Assembly: GCA_016124655.1 (NCBI GenBank)
Contig: WGNI01000011.1
Location: forward strand, 64,196 to 128,195
DNA: 64,000 nt
Reading direction: 5' to 3'
From: Alphaproteobacteria bacterium
GTDB taxonomy: Bacteria > Pseudomonadota > Alphaproteobacteria > Caulobacterales > Aquidulcibacteraceae
In this document: in pieces, positions 50,583-60,682 of the stretch
Numbering within the stretch: position 1 is the first letter of the stretch
Layout of the letters: every line of letters starts with the position of its first letter
The notes under the pieces: generated by a model
Told to the model about the DNA's origin: nothing
The model's input: the letters and a program-made list of their open reading frames with translations, nothing else
The model's database searches: none
Position numbers and translations under genes: made by a program

Positions 50583-51539
50583 TCAGCGCAGCAGAAACCA
50601 GCAATAGCCGGCATAGTGCAGCAACAGGAAACCGCCTTCGAACCGCGTGACTTTCCCGCCCGTATTCGCGTGCAGCAGCAACAAGAGCGCGCCGACATAA
50701 AGCGCCGCCCAATCGCGCGCCAGCAGATCCGCGGGAACCGCGATCGGCTGCACCAGCGCCGTGACGCCCAGAATGCCGAGAATATTGTAGATGTTGGAGC
50801 CGACGATGCCGCCGAACGCGACATCCGAACGGCCTTTGATCGCCGCCATCGCCGACGTCACCAGTTCCGGCAACGAGGTTCCCAGCGCCACGATCGTCAG
50901 CCCGATGATGGTTTCAGAAAGACCTGCCGCGCGCGCGATCGTCTTTGCGCCGGAGACCAGAAAATCCGCGCCGAACACCAGCATCACAAGTCCTGCGCCC
51001 GCCAGCCCAAGCGACAGCCACAAGGGTTGCGGCGCGGGGTCGTGCAGATGGCTTTCCGCCGCGTGCAGCTGCGCCGCGGCCCCATTGCGCCGCTCCATCA
51101 GGAAAGCCGCAACGACATAAGCGATCAACGCAAGCAGCAGCCCGGCGCCGACGAGCCGGGAAATCTCGCCGAGGCCGGTGGCGATGGCGATGAAGGCGAG
51201 GGTCGCCCCAACCATCACCCACCCATCGCGCGCCAGCGCTTTGGAATCGACGGCGATCGGTTTGATGATCGCGACGATGGCGAAGATCAAAAGCACGTTT
51301 GAGATGTTGGAGCCGACGACATTGCCCACCGCGATGCCCGGCGATCCCGACAGCGCTGCGCCGAGGCTGGCGGCGAGTTCTGGCGACGATGTGCCGAAGC
51401 CGACGAGCGTCAGCCCGATCATCAGCTCCGACACGCCGAACTTGCGCGCCGCGCCCACCGCGCCGCGTACGACGAATTCGCCCCCCACCGCCAACAGCGC
51501 GAGGCCGACGACGATCAATCCAAGCGTCTGTGCGTCCAT
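50583..51539 (-). CDS. CaCA family Na+/Ca2+ antiporter (YrbG-like)
   Basis: It has duplicated alpha-repeat motifs (GTSSPELAASL / GTSLPELVTS) and about 10 TM helices. Confidence 0.75.
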   Translation of the reverse strand: MDAQTLGLIVVGLALLAVGGEFVVRGAVGAARKFGVSELMIGLTLVGFGTSSPELAASLGAALSGSPGIAVGNVVGSNISNVLLIFAIVAIIKPIAVDSKALARDGWVMVGATLAFIAIATGLGEISRLVGAGLLLALIAYVVAAFLMERRNGAAAQLHAAESHLHDPAPQPLWLSLGLAGAGLVMLVFGADFLVSGAKTIARAAGLSETIIGLTIVALGTSLPELVTSAMAAIKGRSDVAFGGIVGSNIYNILGILGVTALVQPIAVPADLLARDWAALYVGALLLLLHANTGGKVTRFEGGFLLLHYAGYCWFLLR

Positions 51540-51932
51540 CCGGCGTGCCCCCGACCTGCGCGTGAGAAGCTGGCCGGATTTTGCGCAACGCTCAAGCGAT
51601 CACGCTGGGCCCGATTCGCGCGACGTGTGACGGCCGTCACCGCCGGGCAAGCCGTCATCCGCCACAACAGATCAGGTGCAGCGAACGGATCGAAGCCCGC
51701 AGCACGAGGAGGCCAAGGTGAATGCGGATTTCGTTGCCGGACTCGCGGCGTTTTTGATCGCAGCGACATTCTTTCTTCCCGCCGCCTACGCGACCATCAG
51801 CCAAACGGCACGGATCGTCGCGTAAGACCGCCCCCCACACCCTGGGCGACGGGAGGGACGGACGCGAAGGTTAACGCCTTCGCGTCCGTTTACGCATTTC
51901 GCGCGTGGCGCGATTTTCGCATCGCCGCCGGC

Positions 51933-52298
51933 ATGAACGATGATGCAGCGCCCGCCGCGGTCGATCCGGCCGCAGCGCTTCGCGGAGAAGCGCAGTTCGC
52001 CCTGGCTTGCGGCGCGATGCTGCTCGCCGCGGGGTTTGTGCTCAGCTGCGGACTGGCCGTGCAGGCGTTGTTTACCCCAGACAGCGGCTGGCCGATCGCA
52101 GCTGTGGCGCTGGGCGGTCCGCCGATCCTCCTGGGTTGGGCGGCGTGGGCCTATGCCGCCTTCCGCCTGGACCAGGCGCAGGCCTTGGAGCGGGGCGAAG
52201 TCCGGGCCGAGCGATCCTCTCCGACCCAAATCGTTCGTTCGGGCGTCCGTCTCCTCGGATCATCGAGCCGTCGCATGGTGGGGTTCTTCAAGCGCTGA
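51933..52298 (+). CDS. Hypothetical membrane protein
   Basis: It has an internal ATG and 3-4 hydrophobic helices. The long upstream extension in the track is probably spurious. Confidence 0.3.
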   Translation: MNDDAAPAAVDPAAALRGEAQFALACGAMLLAAGFVLSCGLAVQALFTPDSGWPIAAVALGGPPILLGWAAWAYAAFRLDQAQALERGEVRAERSSPTQIVRSGVRLLGSSSRRMVGFFKR

Positions 52299-52444
52299 CG
52301 CGCCTTGGCGAACGTCTCGATTTCGGTCACAAGGCGCTTATGATCTGCCGCCTTCCGCACGCGCACCGACAGAGCCGCTGACCCTTCCGTCAGCCGCCGG
52401 CCTTCGCGCCGGCATGTGGAAATCTGTCGCCGCGCAGGTCAACC

Positions 52445-53077
52445 ATGTCTCCCGTCGATCCTGAGAAGTACGCGCTCTATCTGGGCGTCATGGCCGTTCT
52501 GGCCGTCACGCCCGGCCCCGCCAATCTGTTCGCCATCGCCACCGGCGCGCAGCGCGGCGCCCGCGCGGGCCTGATCGGGGTCGCAGGCATGAACGCGGCG
52601 ACACTGGCTTGGTTTTTCGCCGCCGGGGCGGGGCTGGCCGCTGCCGTGACGGCGTTCGGCGGGATGTTTCACCTCATCGCGCTTGCTGGCGGTCTCTACG
52701 TCGCCTGGCTCGGCGTCCGGGCGCTCAGCGCCGCAATCAAAGGCGGGGAGGGCGAGATCGAACGCGGAAGACCCGCCGCCGTCGGCGCTGCGTTCCGCGA
52801 CGGCTTCGCCGTGCAAATCTCCAATCCCAAGGCGGTGCTCTTTTTCACCGCCGTCCTGCCGCCGTTTTTGGATCTGTCCCGACCCCTGGCCGCGCAGCTG
52901 GCGATGTTTGCCGCCGCCACCATCGTCATGGATGCAGCGGCCATGAGCGCCTATGCGGTGCTCGGCGGCGGCCTCGCCGCGCAGATGGCGAGCCCAGGCG
53001 GCAGGCGCGCATTCAACGCGTTGTCGGGCGCGCTCTTGTTGATCGTGGCGGCGCTTGTGATTTTGCGCGCGCATTAG
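52445..53077 (+). CDS. LysE/RhtB family amino-acid exporter
   Basis: 210 aa with 6 TM helices and the LysE pattern (VLAVTPGPANLFAIATG). Confidence 0.7.
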   Translation: MSPVDPEKYALYLGVMAVLAVTPGPANLFAIATGAQRGARAGLIGVAGMNAATLAWFFAAGAGLAAAVTAFGGMFHLIALAGGLYVAWLGVRALSAAIKGGEGEIERGRPAAVGAAFRDGFAVQISNPKAVLFFTAVLPPFLDLSRPLAAQLAMFAAATIVMDAAAMSAYAVLGGGLAAQMASPGGRRAFNALSGALLLIVAALVILRAH

Positions 53078-53287
53078 GCGCCGGCGCCCAAGAATGCAGA
53101 ACGCGAAGTCCAGTACAAACGCGCTTGGCGCACAAAAGAGCGAGAAATAAGGGTTTTGGCGAGGGGTCGAAGACTGGCAGCCTGGCAGTGAAATGGCTAG
53201 CAGCGCAGTCGTATTGACTTGTTTACATTTGCTTCTGCAGCCTCTTCGACACGCGGCGCGAACGCCGCCGTCGAGGAGGGAGAACGA

Positions 53288-53563
53288 ATGGCTTCAGAGC
53301 AGGAGACCGAACTGGAATTGCGCTTGAAGGGGTGGCGCCTGACCACAGCGGAAGTCCTCTATTACATGCCGGACCATCCCAAGCTCATTCAGAGCTTCAT
53401 GTGGCAGACCTTGGACCTCGCCCCTCAATATCCGCGCATCACCAAGTTTCTCGATTTCTGGCGGGCGGAGATCGACGCGGTCATTCACTCGGTGCGGGTC
53501 GGCGCGAGCGACGCCTTGGGCCCGGCGCCGCTGCGCCGCGTTGACGCGCTTCTGGTCCACTGA
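53288..53563 (+). CDS. usg: Usg-like protein
   Basis: It has the LKGWRLTTAEVLYYMPDHP...SFMWQTLD pattern. The ATG at 53288 is preferred. Confidence 0.55.
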   Translation: MASEQETELELRLKGWRLTTAEVLYYMPDHPKLIQSFMWQTLDLAPQYPRITKFLDFWRAEIDAVIHSVRVGASDALGPAPLRRVDALLVH

Positions 53564-53662
53564 TCGCATCAACTTGCCGCGAGGGCGCAGGCGGGCGCGT
53601 CGCATTTCCGCCGCATGCGGTTCATAATCGCCGGGCGAGGGCATGGCGTAAGGATCGCTTGC

Positions 53663-54187
53663 ATGCGTTTGAAAGTATGGACCCTGGCGCTGGTCGCCGC
53701 GGCGGCCTTGAGCGCCTGCGCGACGGCGACGCCCTACCAGCCGCGCGCCTCCGCCCAGGCCTACGGCTTTTCCGACCAGCAGATCGAGGCCAACCGCGTC
53801 CGCGTGTCCTTCCGGGGCAACACGCTCACCGAACGCGAGACGGTGGAGAATTACCTGCTGTACCGCGCCGCAGAACTCACCACCGAGCGCGGCTACGACT
53901 ATTTCATCGTCACCACTCGGGAGACAGAGCCGCGCACCCGGCTTCAGTCCGTCGGGCCGACCCGCTACCCCTTCGACTATTATTACTTCCATCCGCGCTG
54001 GGGTTGGCGCTCCTGGTACGATCCGTTCTGGGATCAAGTCGATTATCGCGAAGTCACGCAATATGAGGCGTCCGCTGAGATCACGATGTATCGCGGCGAG
54101 AAACCGGCAGACAATCCAAGCGCCTTCGGCGCCCGCGACGTCCAGGCCAATCTGGGCCCGGCGATCGTCCGTCCCGCCCCGCAATGA
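53663..54187 (+). CDS. Hypothetical lipoprotein
   Basis: It has a lipoprotein signal peptide (LALVAAAALSACA) and an aromatic-rich C-terminus. The ATG at 53663 is preferred. Confidence 0.45.
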   Translation: MRLKVWTLALVAAAALSACATATPYQPRASAQAYGFSDQQIEANRVRVSFRGNTLTERETVENYLLYRAAELTTERGYDYFIVTTRETEPRTRLQSVGPTRYPFDYYYFHPRWGWRSWYDPFWDQVDYREVTQYEASAEITMYRGEKPADNPSAFGARDVQANLGPAIVRPAPQ

Positions 54188-54260
54188 CCCCGGCGCGCCG
54201 GTTTTGCGCCGGCGCGTCTACCCCCTATAAAGGCGGCTTCGCGCACGGAATCGGACCTCG

Positions 54261-54959
54261 ATGGCCACCATTGCTCTTGTTGACGACGACGAAAACATCC
54301 TCGCCTCGCTGAAAATCTTTCTCGAGGCCGAGGGCTATACCGTGCGCGGCTATCATGACGGCGCCACCGCGCTCGCCGCCTTGGTGGAGAACCCGCCCGA
54401 CATCGCCGTCCTCGACATCAAGATGCCGCGCATGGACGGCATCGAAGTCCTGCGCCGATTGCGCCAGACCTCCAACCTTCCCGTCATCTTCCTGACCTCG
54501 AAGGACGAGGAGATGGATGAAGTCGTCGGCTTCAATGTCGGCGCCGATGACTACATCAAAAAACCGTTTTCCCCTCGCCTGGTGAACGAACGCATCAAGG
54601 CGCTCTTGCGGCGCGCAAGGGTTGGTGTCGGCGCGAACGGGGACAATGGCGACAAGAAACCGATCGTGCGCGGCCAGCTCACGCTGGACCCCAACCGTCA
54701 CGCCTGCACCTGGAAGGGCGAGCCGGTCCGCCTGACCGTCACGGAATTCCTCATTCTCCAGGCGCTTGCGCAGCGCCCTGGTTACGTGAAGAGCCGGGAC
54801 AATCTGATGGATGCGGCGTATGACGACCAGGTCTATGTCGATGACCGCACCATCGACAGCCACATCAAGCGGTTGCGCAAGAAATTCAGAGATGTCGACG
54901 ACACTTTCGACGCCATCGAGACCCTCTACGGCGTCGGATATCGCTACAACGAAATCTGA
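54261..54959 (+). CDS. chvI: OmpR-family response regulator ChvI
   Basis: It has a REC domain ([11 protein letters not shown]...[14 protein letters not shown]) and a winged-helix domain. It lies upstream of an ExoS/ChvG-type kinase, as in alphaproteobacteria. Confidence 0.8.
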   Translation: MATIALVDDDENILASLKIFLEAEGYTVRGYHDGATALAALVENPPDIAVLDIKMPRMDGIEVLRRLRQTSNLPVIFLTSKDEEMDEVVGFNVGADDYIKKPFSPRLVNERIKALLRRARVGVGANGDNGDKKPIVRGQLTLDPNRHACTWKGEPVRLTVTEFLILQALAQRPGYVKSRDNLMDAAYDDQVYVDDRTIDSHIKRLRKKFRDVDDTFDAIETLYGVGYRYNEI

Positions 54960-56586
54960 CGGCGGCGGGGGCAATCCCGTCCGCGAACTGTTTGCCTCGC
55001 GCATCGCGCGCTCCATCTTTGGATGGAATTTCGTCGGCTTCTGCATTCTGGCGATTGGGCTTCTGGCGTTCTCCGAAGTCCGCTCGGGCCTGACGGACGC
55101 ACAGATTCGGTCCCTGCGCTTGCAGGGCGATCTCATCACCAATGTGCTGATCGAAACCGCGACGATTCCGGGAGAGGTCGCGCCGCAAATGAATGAACCG
55201 GCGGTGCGCCAGGTGATCTTGCGTCTGCTGCCGCCGCAGCGCGATCCCAATGAGCCGCGTGCGGATTTGCGCGTGCAGGTGCTCCAGCCCGATGGAACGG
55301 TCGTCGCCGACACCGACGTGCTCTACGGCAAAGTCGATCGCGAAGCCTTGCCGCCGCCGCAAACCGGCGACTCGCGCGAAGCGGAAAACGAACCGAAGGA
55401 ACGCGACGCAGCGTCGTCCTGGCGGATCACGCCGTGGCGCGCGACGACGTCGGATGAAGAAGCGCGCCGGCGCGCCTTGTTGGGAGAAATCACGGCGGGG
55501 CAGCGCCTCAACGACCGCGGCGAGCGCGTGGTCGCGGTGACGATCCCGTTGCGCCGCGTTCAGGCGGTCATCGGCATGGTGGTGCTCGAAAGCGCTGACG
55601 CCGAGCGCATCCTGGCCAATGAACGCCGCACCATGACGCCGATCGTTCTGGCCGCGTTTGCGGTGATCGGCTTGTCGTCCATTTTGCTCGCATTGGTGAT
55701 CGCGCAGCCGTTGCGGCGCTTGGCGCAAGCCGCCGATCGTTTGCGCCTGACCGGCGCGACGCGACTCCATCTGCCCGACATCCGCAAACACAAGGATGAG
55801 ATCGGCGATTTGGCGAACGCCCTGGAGGCGATGACCAACGCATTGGCCGATCGCATCGACGCCAACGAACGCTTCGCGGCCGACGTCAGTCACGAAATCA
55901 AGAATCCGCTCGCCTCGATCCGCTCTGCGCTCGATACCGCGCGCGCCATCAAGGACCCCGCGCAGCAGGCGCGGCTGCTGGGCATCGCCGCGACCGACGT
56001 CAATCGCCTTGACCGTCTCGTCACCGATATTTCCCGCGCCAGCCGCATCGAAACCGAAACCGCGCGCGGCGATCTCGATCCGGTCAATCTGGGGAAGCTT
56101 CTCTCCGATCTCGCGCAAAGCTATGCCGCAGCCCCCGGCGAGGCGCAGGGCGCCCGTGTATCGCTCGATCATCCCATCCCCATGGATGCGATCGTGCGCG
56201 GCCAGGAAGGACCATTGGGCCAGGTCTTTCGCAACCTGATCGACAATGCGCGCTCCTTCAGCCCGCCCGCCGGCATGGTCACGGTGTCGCTCAATGTGAT
56301 GCGGGTGCGCGACGGCGGCGTCGCCCGCGCCAGCGTCAGCGACGAGGGGCCTGGCATTCCGCCCGATAATCTCGAAACCATCTTCGATCGCTTCTACACC
56401 GACCGCCCAAAGGGCGCGGCGTTCGGCGGCAATTCCGGCTTGGGGCTGTCGATCGCGCGCCAGATCGTAACCGCCCATGGCGGGCGCATCTGGGCGGAGA
56501 ACCGCGACGGCGGCGGCGCCCGGCTCGTGGTGGAGCTCCCCTTGAACCGGCCCGGCCGCGCACGGCCCGAAGTGAACGCTGCGTGA
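54886..56586 (+). CDS. chvG: Sensor histidine kinase ChvG/ExoS-like
   Basis: It has TM helices flanking a periplasmic domain, a HAMP domain, an H-box ([15 protein letters not shown]), and a HATPase domain ([11 protein letters not shown]). The start is uncertain: the first in-frame ATG at 54886 overlaps chvI, and a non-ATG start near 54960 is possible. Confidence 0.75.
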   Translation, partial: SEMSTTLSTPSRPSTASDIATTKSDGGGGNPVRELFASRIARSIFGWNFVGFCILAIGLLAFSEVRSGLTDAQIRSLRLQGDLITNVLIETATIPGEVAPQMNEPAVRQVILRLLPPQRDPNEPRADLRVQVLQPDGTVVADTDVLYGKVDREALPPPQTGDSREAENEPKERDAASSWRITPWRATTSDEEARRRALLGEITAGQRLNDRGERVVAVTIPLRRVQAVIGMVVLESADAERILANERRTMTPIVLAAFAVIGLSSILLALVIAQPLRRLAQAADRLRLTGATRLHLPDIRKHKDEIGDLANALEAMTNALADRIDANERFAADVSHEIKNPLASIRSALDTARAIKDPAQQARLLGIAATDVNRLDRLVTDISRASRIETETARGDLDPVNLGKLLSDLAQSYAAAPGEAQGARVSLDHPIPMDAIVRGQEGPLGQVFRNLIDNARSFSPPAGMVTVSLNVMRVRDGGVARASVSDEGPGIPPDNLETIFDRFYTDRPKGAAFGGNSGLGLSIARQIVTAHGGRIWAENRDGGGARLVVELPLNRPGRARPEVNAA

Positions 56587-56662
56587 CCCCCTTTTCCCAT
56601 CATCGCGAACGCGCCAAAACGGGGGCGGGGCGCTTGCATTGGGCGGTTGTAAGGAGCGGCGC

Positions 56663-57067
56663 ATGATTGGCGTCGTGGTCGTGTCGCACGGCCATTTGGC
56701 GGACGAATTCGTGGCGGCGGCCGAGCATGTGCTGGGCCCGCAGCAGCAGATGCGCGCCGTGGCGATCGGGCCCGATGACGACATGGAGGCCCGCCGCGCC
56801 GACATTCTCGACGCCGTGCGCCTGGTGGACGACGGCTCCGGCGTGATCGTGCTCACCGACATGTTCGGCGGCACGCCCTCGAACCTGGCGATCTCCGTGC
56901 TGAGCCAAGGCGGCCTTGAAGTGATTGCCGGCGTAAACCTGCCGATGCTGGTCAAGCTCGGCGAAATCCGCGGCTCCGCGTCCCTGGCGGATGCGGCCGC
57001 CAAAGCCCAGGAGGCCGGGCGCCATTACATCCGCATCGCCTCCGCCGAATTGGCCGGCGGCGGCTGA
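56663..57067 (+). CDS. PTS EIIA(Man)-family protein
   Basis: It has the MIGVVVVSHGHLADE pattern with the active His. The ATG at 56663 has an aaggag RBS upstream. Confidence 0.7.
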   Translation: MIGVVVVSHGHLADEFVAAAEHVLGPQQQMRAVAIGPDDDMEARRADILDAVRLVDDGSGVIVLTDMFGGTPSNLAISVLSQGGLEVIAGVNLPMLVKLGEIRGSASLADAAAKAQEAGRHYIRIASAELAGGG

Positions 57068-57071
57068 CGCC

Positions 57072-57344
57072 ATGCGCGCGACGCGCCTGATGGAAATCGT
57101 CAACACCAAGGGCCTGCACGCGCGGGCCTCGCGGAAGTTCGCCGAGACCGCGCTCAAGTTCCAAAGCGACGTGATGGTCCGCAAGGACGACGAAGAGGCG
57201 AACGCGCGTTCGCTCATGGATCTCATGATGCTTGGCGCCGGCATGGGCGCGCAGATTGAGGTTATCGCCGACGGGCCGGACGCCGAAGAGGCGCTGGACG
57301 CGCTTGCGAAACTGGTCGCCGATCGCTTTCGCGAGGGCGAGTGA
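57072..57344 (+). CDS. ptsH: HPr-family phosphocarrier protein (NPr/HPr)
   Basis: It has the EIVNTKGLHARAS pattern with the active-site His. The ATG at 57072 is preferred. Confidence 0.75.
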   Translation: MRATRLMEIVNTKGLHARASRKFAETALKFQSDVMVRKDDEEANARSLMDLMMLGAGMGAQIEVIADGPDAEEALDALAKLVADRFREGE

Positions 57345-57357
57345 GGGGACGGCTGGG

Positions 57358-57624
57358 ATGGTGATCGATGGGCCCGAGGCGTTGGGCTTGGTGGCGGGCG
57401 CCATCGGCGCGTTCGCGTTCGCACCCCAGGCCTTGAAAATCCTGCGCGATAAAAGCGCGGAGGACGTTTCCCTCGCCACGTTCGGCATGGTCCTGACCGG
57501 CGCGCTCCTGTGGTCCATCTATGGCGTGCTGCGCGGCGCGCCCTCGATCCTGCTGTGGAATCTGGTCGCTGCGAGCCTCGCCGGCGCGGTCGTGGTCCTG
57601 AAGCTGACCGCCCGCGCCAAGTGA
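57358..57624 (+). CDS. SemiSWEET / PQ-loop family small transporter
   Basis: 89 aa with 3 TM helices and a PQ motif ([12 protein letters not shown]). Confidence 0.5.
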   Translation: MVIDGPEALGLVAGAIGAFAFAPQALKILRDKSAEDVSLATFGMVLTGALLWSIYGVLRGAPSILLWNLVAASLAGAVVVLKLTARAK

Positions 57625-57715
57625 TATAAAGACATCTTTATATCTTTATTGCCTCGACGCGCGGCCGCTGCTATGTCCGCGCCAAGCGAATCCCTATCCA
57701 TCCCTGGAGACCCGA

Positions 57716-59122
57716 ATGGCAGACAGCGCCACCCACGATTTCGTCGTCAGAGACCTTTCCCTCGCTGAATACGGGCGCAAGGAAATCGAGATCGCCGAAA
57801 CCGAGATGCCGGGCCTGATGGCGGTCCGCGCCGAGTACGGCCCCAAGCAGCCGCTCAAGGGTGCGCGCATCGCCGGCTCGCTGCATATGACGATCCAAAC
57901 CGCGGTGCTGATCGAAACGCTGCAGGCTTTGGGCGCGGACGTTCGCTGGGCCTCGTGCAACATCTTCTCGACGCAAGATCACGCCGCCGCGGCGATCGCC
58001 GCGAAGGGCACCCCGGTGTTCGCGTTCAAGGGCGAGAACCTGGTTGAGTATTGGGAATATGCCCACCGCATCTTCGAATGGTCCGATGGCGGCTATCCCA
58101 ATCTGATCCTCGACGATGGCGGCGACGCGACCTTGCTGTGCGTGCTCGGCCCCAAGGCGGAAAAAGACGCCTCGATCCTCAACAGCCCGACGAACGAGGA
58201 AGAAGAAGCGCTCTACGCGGTGATGAAGCGCTATCTGAAAGAGAAGCCCGGCTTCTATTCCGCCATCCGCGACGCAATCAAAGGCGTCTCGGAAGAAACC
58301 ACGACAGGCGTGCATCGTCTTTATCAGATGGCGTCGCGCGGCGAGTTGCCGTTCCCCGCGATCAACGTCAATGACAGCGTGACGAAGTCGAAGTTCGACA
58401 ATCTCTACGGCTGCCGCGAAAGCCTGGTCGACGCCATTCGCCGCGGCACCGATGTGATGCTGGCCGGCAAGGTCGCCGTCGTCGCCGGCTATGGCGATGT
58501 CGGCAAAGGCTCAGCCGCCAGCCTGCGCAATGGCGGCGCGCGCGTGGTCGTGACCGAGATTGATCCGATCTGCGCGCTGCAGGCCGCGATGGAAGGCTAT
58601 GAAGTCCTGACCATGGAAGATGTTGCGCCGACGGCGGACATCTTCGTCACCGCCACCGGCAACAAGGACGTCATCACCGTCGATCACATGCGGCAGATGA
58701 AAAACAACGCCATCGTCTGCAATATCGGCCACTTCGACAGCGAAATTCAGATTGGCGGCCTCAAGAACTTCAAGTGGGACAAGATCAAGGATCAGGTCCA
58801 CCACGTCGAGTTTCCTGACGGCAAGAAGATCATCGTTCTGTCGGAAGGCCGCCTCGTCAATCTGGGCAATGCCACGGGCCACCCGAGCTTCGTGATGAGC
58901 GCAAGCTTCACCAACCAGACGCTGGCGCAGATTGAATTGTGGACCAACAATTCCGCGTATGAAAAGAGCGTCTACACGCTGCCCAAGCACCTCGATGAGA
59001 AAGTGGCGGCGCTGCACTTGGGCAAGCTCGGCGTGAAGCTCACCAAGCTGCGCGACGAGCAGGCGTCGTATATCGGCGTGTCGCAGACCGGACCGTTCAA
59101 GCCGGATCATTATCGCTACTAG
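57716..59122 (+). CDS. ahcY: Adenosylhomocysteinase
   Basis: SAHH signatures are present ([31 protein letters not shown]). RBS ggaga upstream. Confidence 0.92.
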   Translation: MADSATHDFVVRDLSLAEYGRKEIEIAETEMPGLMAVRAEYGPKQPLKGARIAGSLHMTIQTAVLIETLQALGADVRWASCNIFSTQDHAAAAIAAKGTPVFAFKGENLVEYWEYAHRIFEWSDGGYPNLILDDGGDATLLCVLGPKAEKDASILNSPTNEEEEALYAVMKRYLKEKPGFYSAIRDAIKGVSEETTTGVHRLYQMASRGELPFPAINVNDSVTKSKFDNLYGCRESLVDAIRRGTDVMLAGKVAVVAGYGDVGKGSAASLRNGGARVVVTEIDPICALQAAMEGYEVLTMEDVAPTADIFVTATGNKDVITVDHMRQMKNNAIVCNIGHFDSEIQIGGLKNFKWDKIKDQVHHVEFPDGKKIIVLSEGRLVNLGNATGHPSFVMSASFTNQTLAQIELWTNNSAYEKSVYTLPKHLDEKVAALHLGKLGVKLTKLRDEQASYIGVSQTGPFKPDHYRY

Positions 59123-59353
59123 AGCAACATCCGATCAACTTGAATCGCTCGGCGATTCAGTGATCGGATAAAGTTGCTCTAGAATTTAAGTTGTAGAGCA
59201 TCTTTTTCCGGCCATCCGATCGCTGAGGCGATCGCGTCTGGTCGGAAGATGCTCTGGGCGCTTCAGCGCGTCTCCTCGCCGCCGGCTTGCGTACTAACGC
59301 GCGCGCCCATTTGCGCGTACACTGCGCACGCAGGCCGGGTGCGGGAGAACGCA

Positions 59354-60571
59354 ATGCCGACAAAGCAGGTAACTTTTGAAGGCGCGCAGGGGCAGAGCCT
59401 TTCCGCCCGGCTGGAGCTGCCCGCCGGCGCGCCGAAGGCGGTCGCGCTGTTCGCGCATTGCTTCAGCTGCGGCAAGGATTCATCCGCTGCGGTGAAGGTG
59501 TCGCGTGCGCTCGCCGCGCGCGGCGTCGCCACGTTGCGCTTTGACTTCACCGGGCTCGGCGGCAGCGCTGGCGATTTCGCCGAAACGACCTTCTCCACCA
59601 ATTTGGATGATCTCGTCGCCGCCGCGGATCATCTGCGCGCAAATCTAGGCGCGCCCGCGATCCTGATCGGCCACAGCCTTGGCGGCGCCGCTGTTCTGGC
59701 CGCCGCGGAGCGCGTTCCCGAAGCGCGCGCCGTCGTCACGATCGGCGCGCCCAGCGACGTCGCCCACGTCACCCACAATTTTGCCGAAGCGCTGCCCGAA
59801 ATCGAAGCGAGCGGCGAAGCCTCCGTGAAGCTCGGCGGACGCGATGTCACGCTCAAGCGCGAATTCGTGCGCGACCTGCAGCGCCATCCGCTGCTCGATC
59901 GCGTGCGCGGATTGCGCAAGGCGCTTCTGATCATGCACAGCCCGACCGACGCCGTCGTCGGAATCGAGAACGCGGCCGCGATCTTTCTCGCGGCGAAACA
60001 CCCCAAAAGCTTCGTCTCGCTCGACAACGCGGATCACTTTCTCTCCCGCGCGGCCGACAGCGACTATGCGGCGGGCGTCATCGCCGCCTGGGCGCAGCGT
60101 TACGCGCCGATCGCTGACCAAGACCAACCGGCGGCCCCTGCCGGTGAAGTGATTGTTGAGGAGACCGGCGCGGGTCTTTTGCAAAACCGCGTCCGCGTCG
60201 GCGCGCACAGTTTCATCGCCGATGAGCCGAAATCAATCGGCGGCGACGAGACCGGCCCCACGCCCTACGATCTGCTCGCCGCCAGCATCGGCGCCTGCAA
60301 GTCCATGACCATGCGCCTCTATGCGCAGCGCAAGGGCTACGCCCTTGATCGCATCTCGGTGAGCGTGTCGCACAATCGCATCCACGCGCAGGACTGCGCC
60401 GATTGTGAAACCAAGGACGGCCATGTCGACGAGTTCGTCGCGCGCATCAGCCTCCAGGGCGCCTTGTCTGAGGATGACCGCGCCCGCGTGCTCGCGATTG
60501 CGGAGCGCTGCCCCGTGCACCGCACGCTGGAGAGCGAAGTGAAGGTCCGCACGCAGCCCGCGCAGGCCTAA
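59354..60571 (+). CDS. Bifunctional alpha/beta hydrolase / OsmC-Ohr family protein
   Basis: It has an N-terminal alpha/beta hydrolase domain (GHSLGG nucleophile elbow) and a C-terminal OsmC-like domain (GPTPYDLLAASIGACKSMT...AERCPVH). The ATG at 59354 is preferred. Confidence 0.65.
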   Translation: MPTKQVTFEGAQGQSLSARLELPAGAPKAVALFAHCFSCGKDSSAAVKVSRALAARGVATLRFDFTGLGGSAGDFAETTFSTNLDDLVAAADHLRANLGAPAILIGHSLGGAAVLAAAERVPEARAVVTIGAPSDVAHVTHNFAEALPEIEASGEASVKLGGRDVTLKREFVRDLQRHPLLDRVRGLRKALLIMHSPTDAVVGIENAAAIFLAAKHPKSFVSLDNADHFLSRAADSDYAAGVIAAWAQRYAPIADQDQPAAPAGEVIVEETGAGLLQNRVRVGAHSFIADEPKSIGGDETGPTPYDLLAASIGACKSMTMRLYAQRKGYALDRISVSVSHNRIHAQDCADCETKDGHVDEFVARISLQGALSEDDRARVLAIAERCPVHRTLESEVKVRTQPAQA

Positions 60572-60682
60572 GTCGCCGCAACCGCTTATCCACCACAATT
60601 TCAGCGTTCCCCCGGCGCCTGGATTGCCGAGCGCGCGCCGCAATCGTTAAATCGCGGCCAAGAACGAGAGCGTGGGGCGCAG

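Noticed and set aside
51627-52298. 223-aa ORF with a long N-terminal extension
   Set aside because: The N-terminal 100 aa are Arg- and Gly-rich and low complexity, and they overlap the promoter region of the divergent antiporter gene. Only the hydrophobic C-terminal part from the ATG at 51933 looks protein-like, and even that has low confidence.
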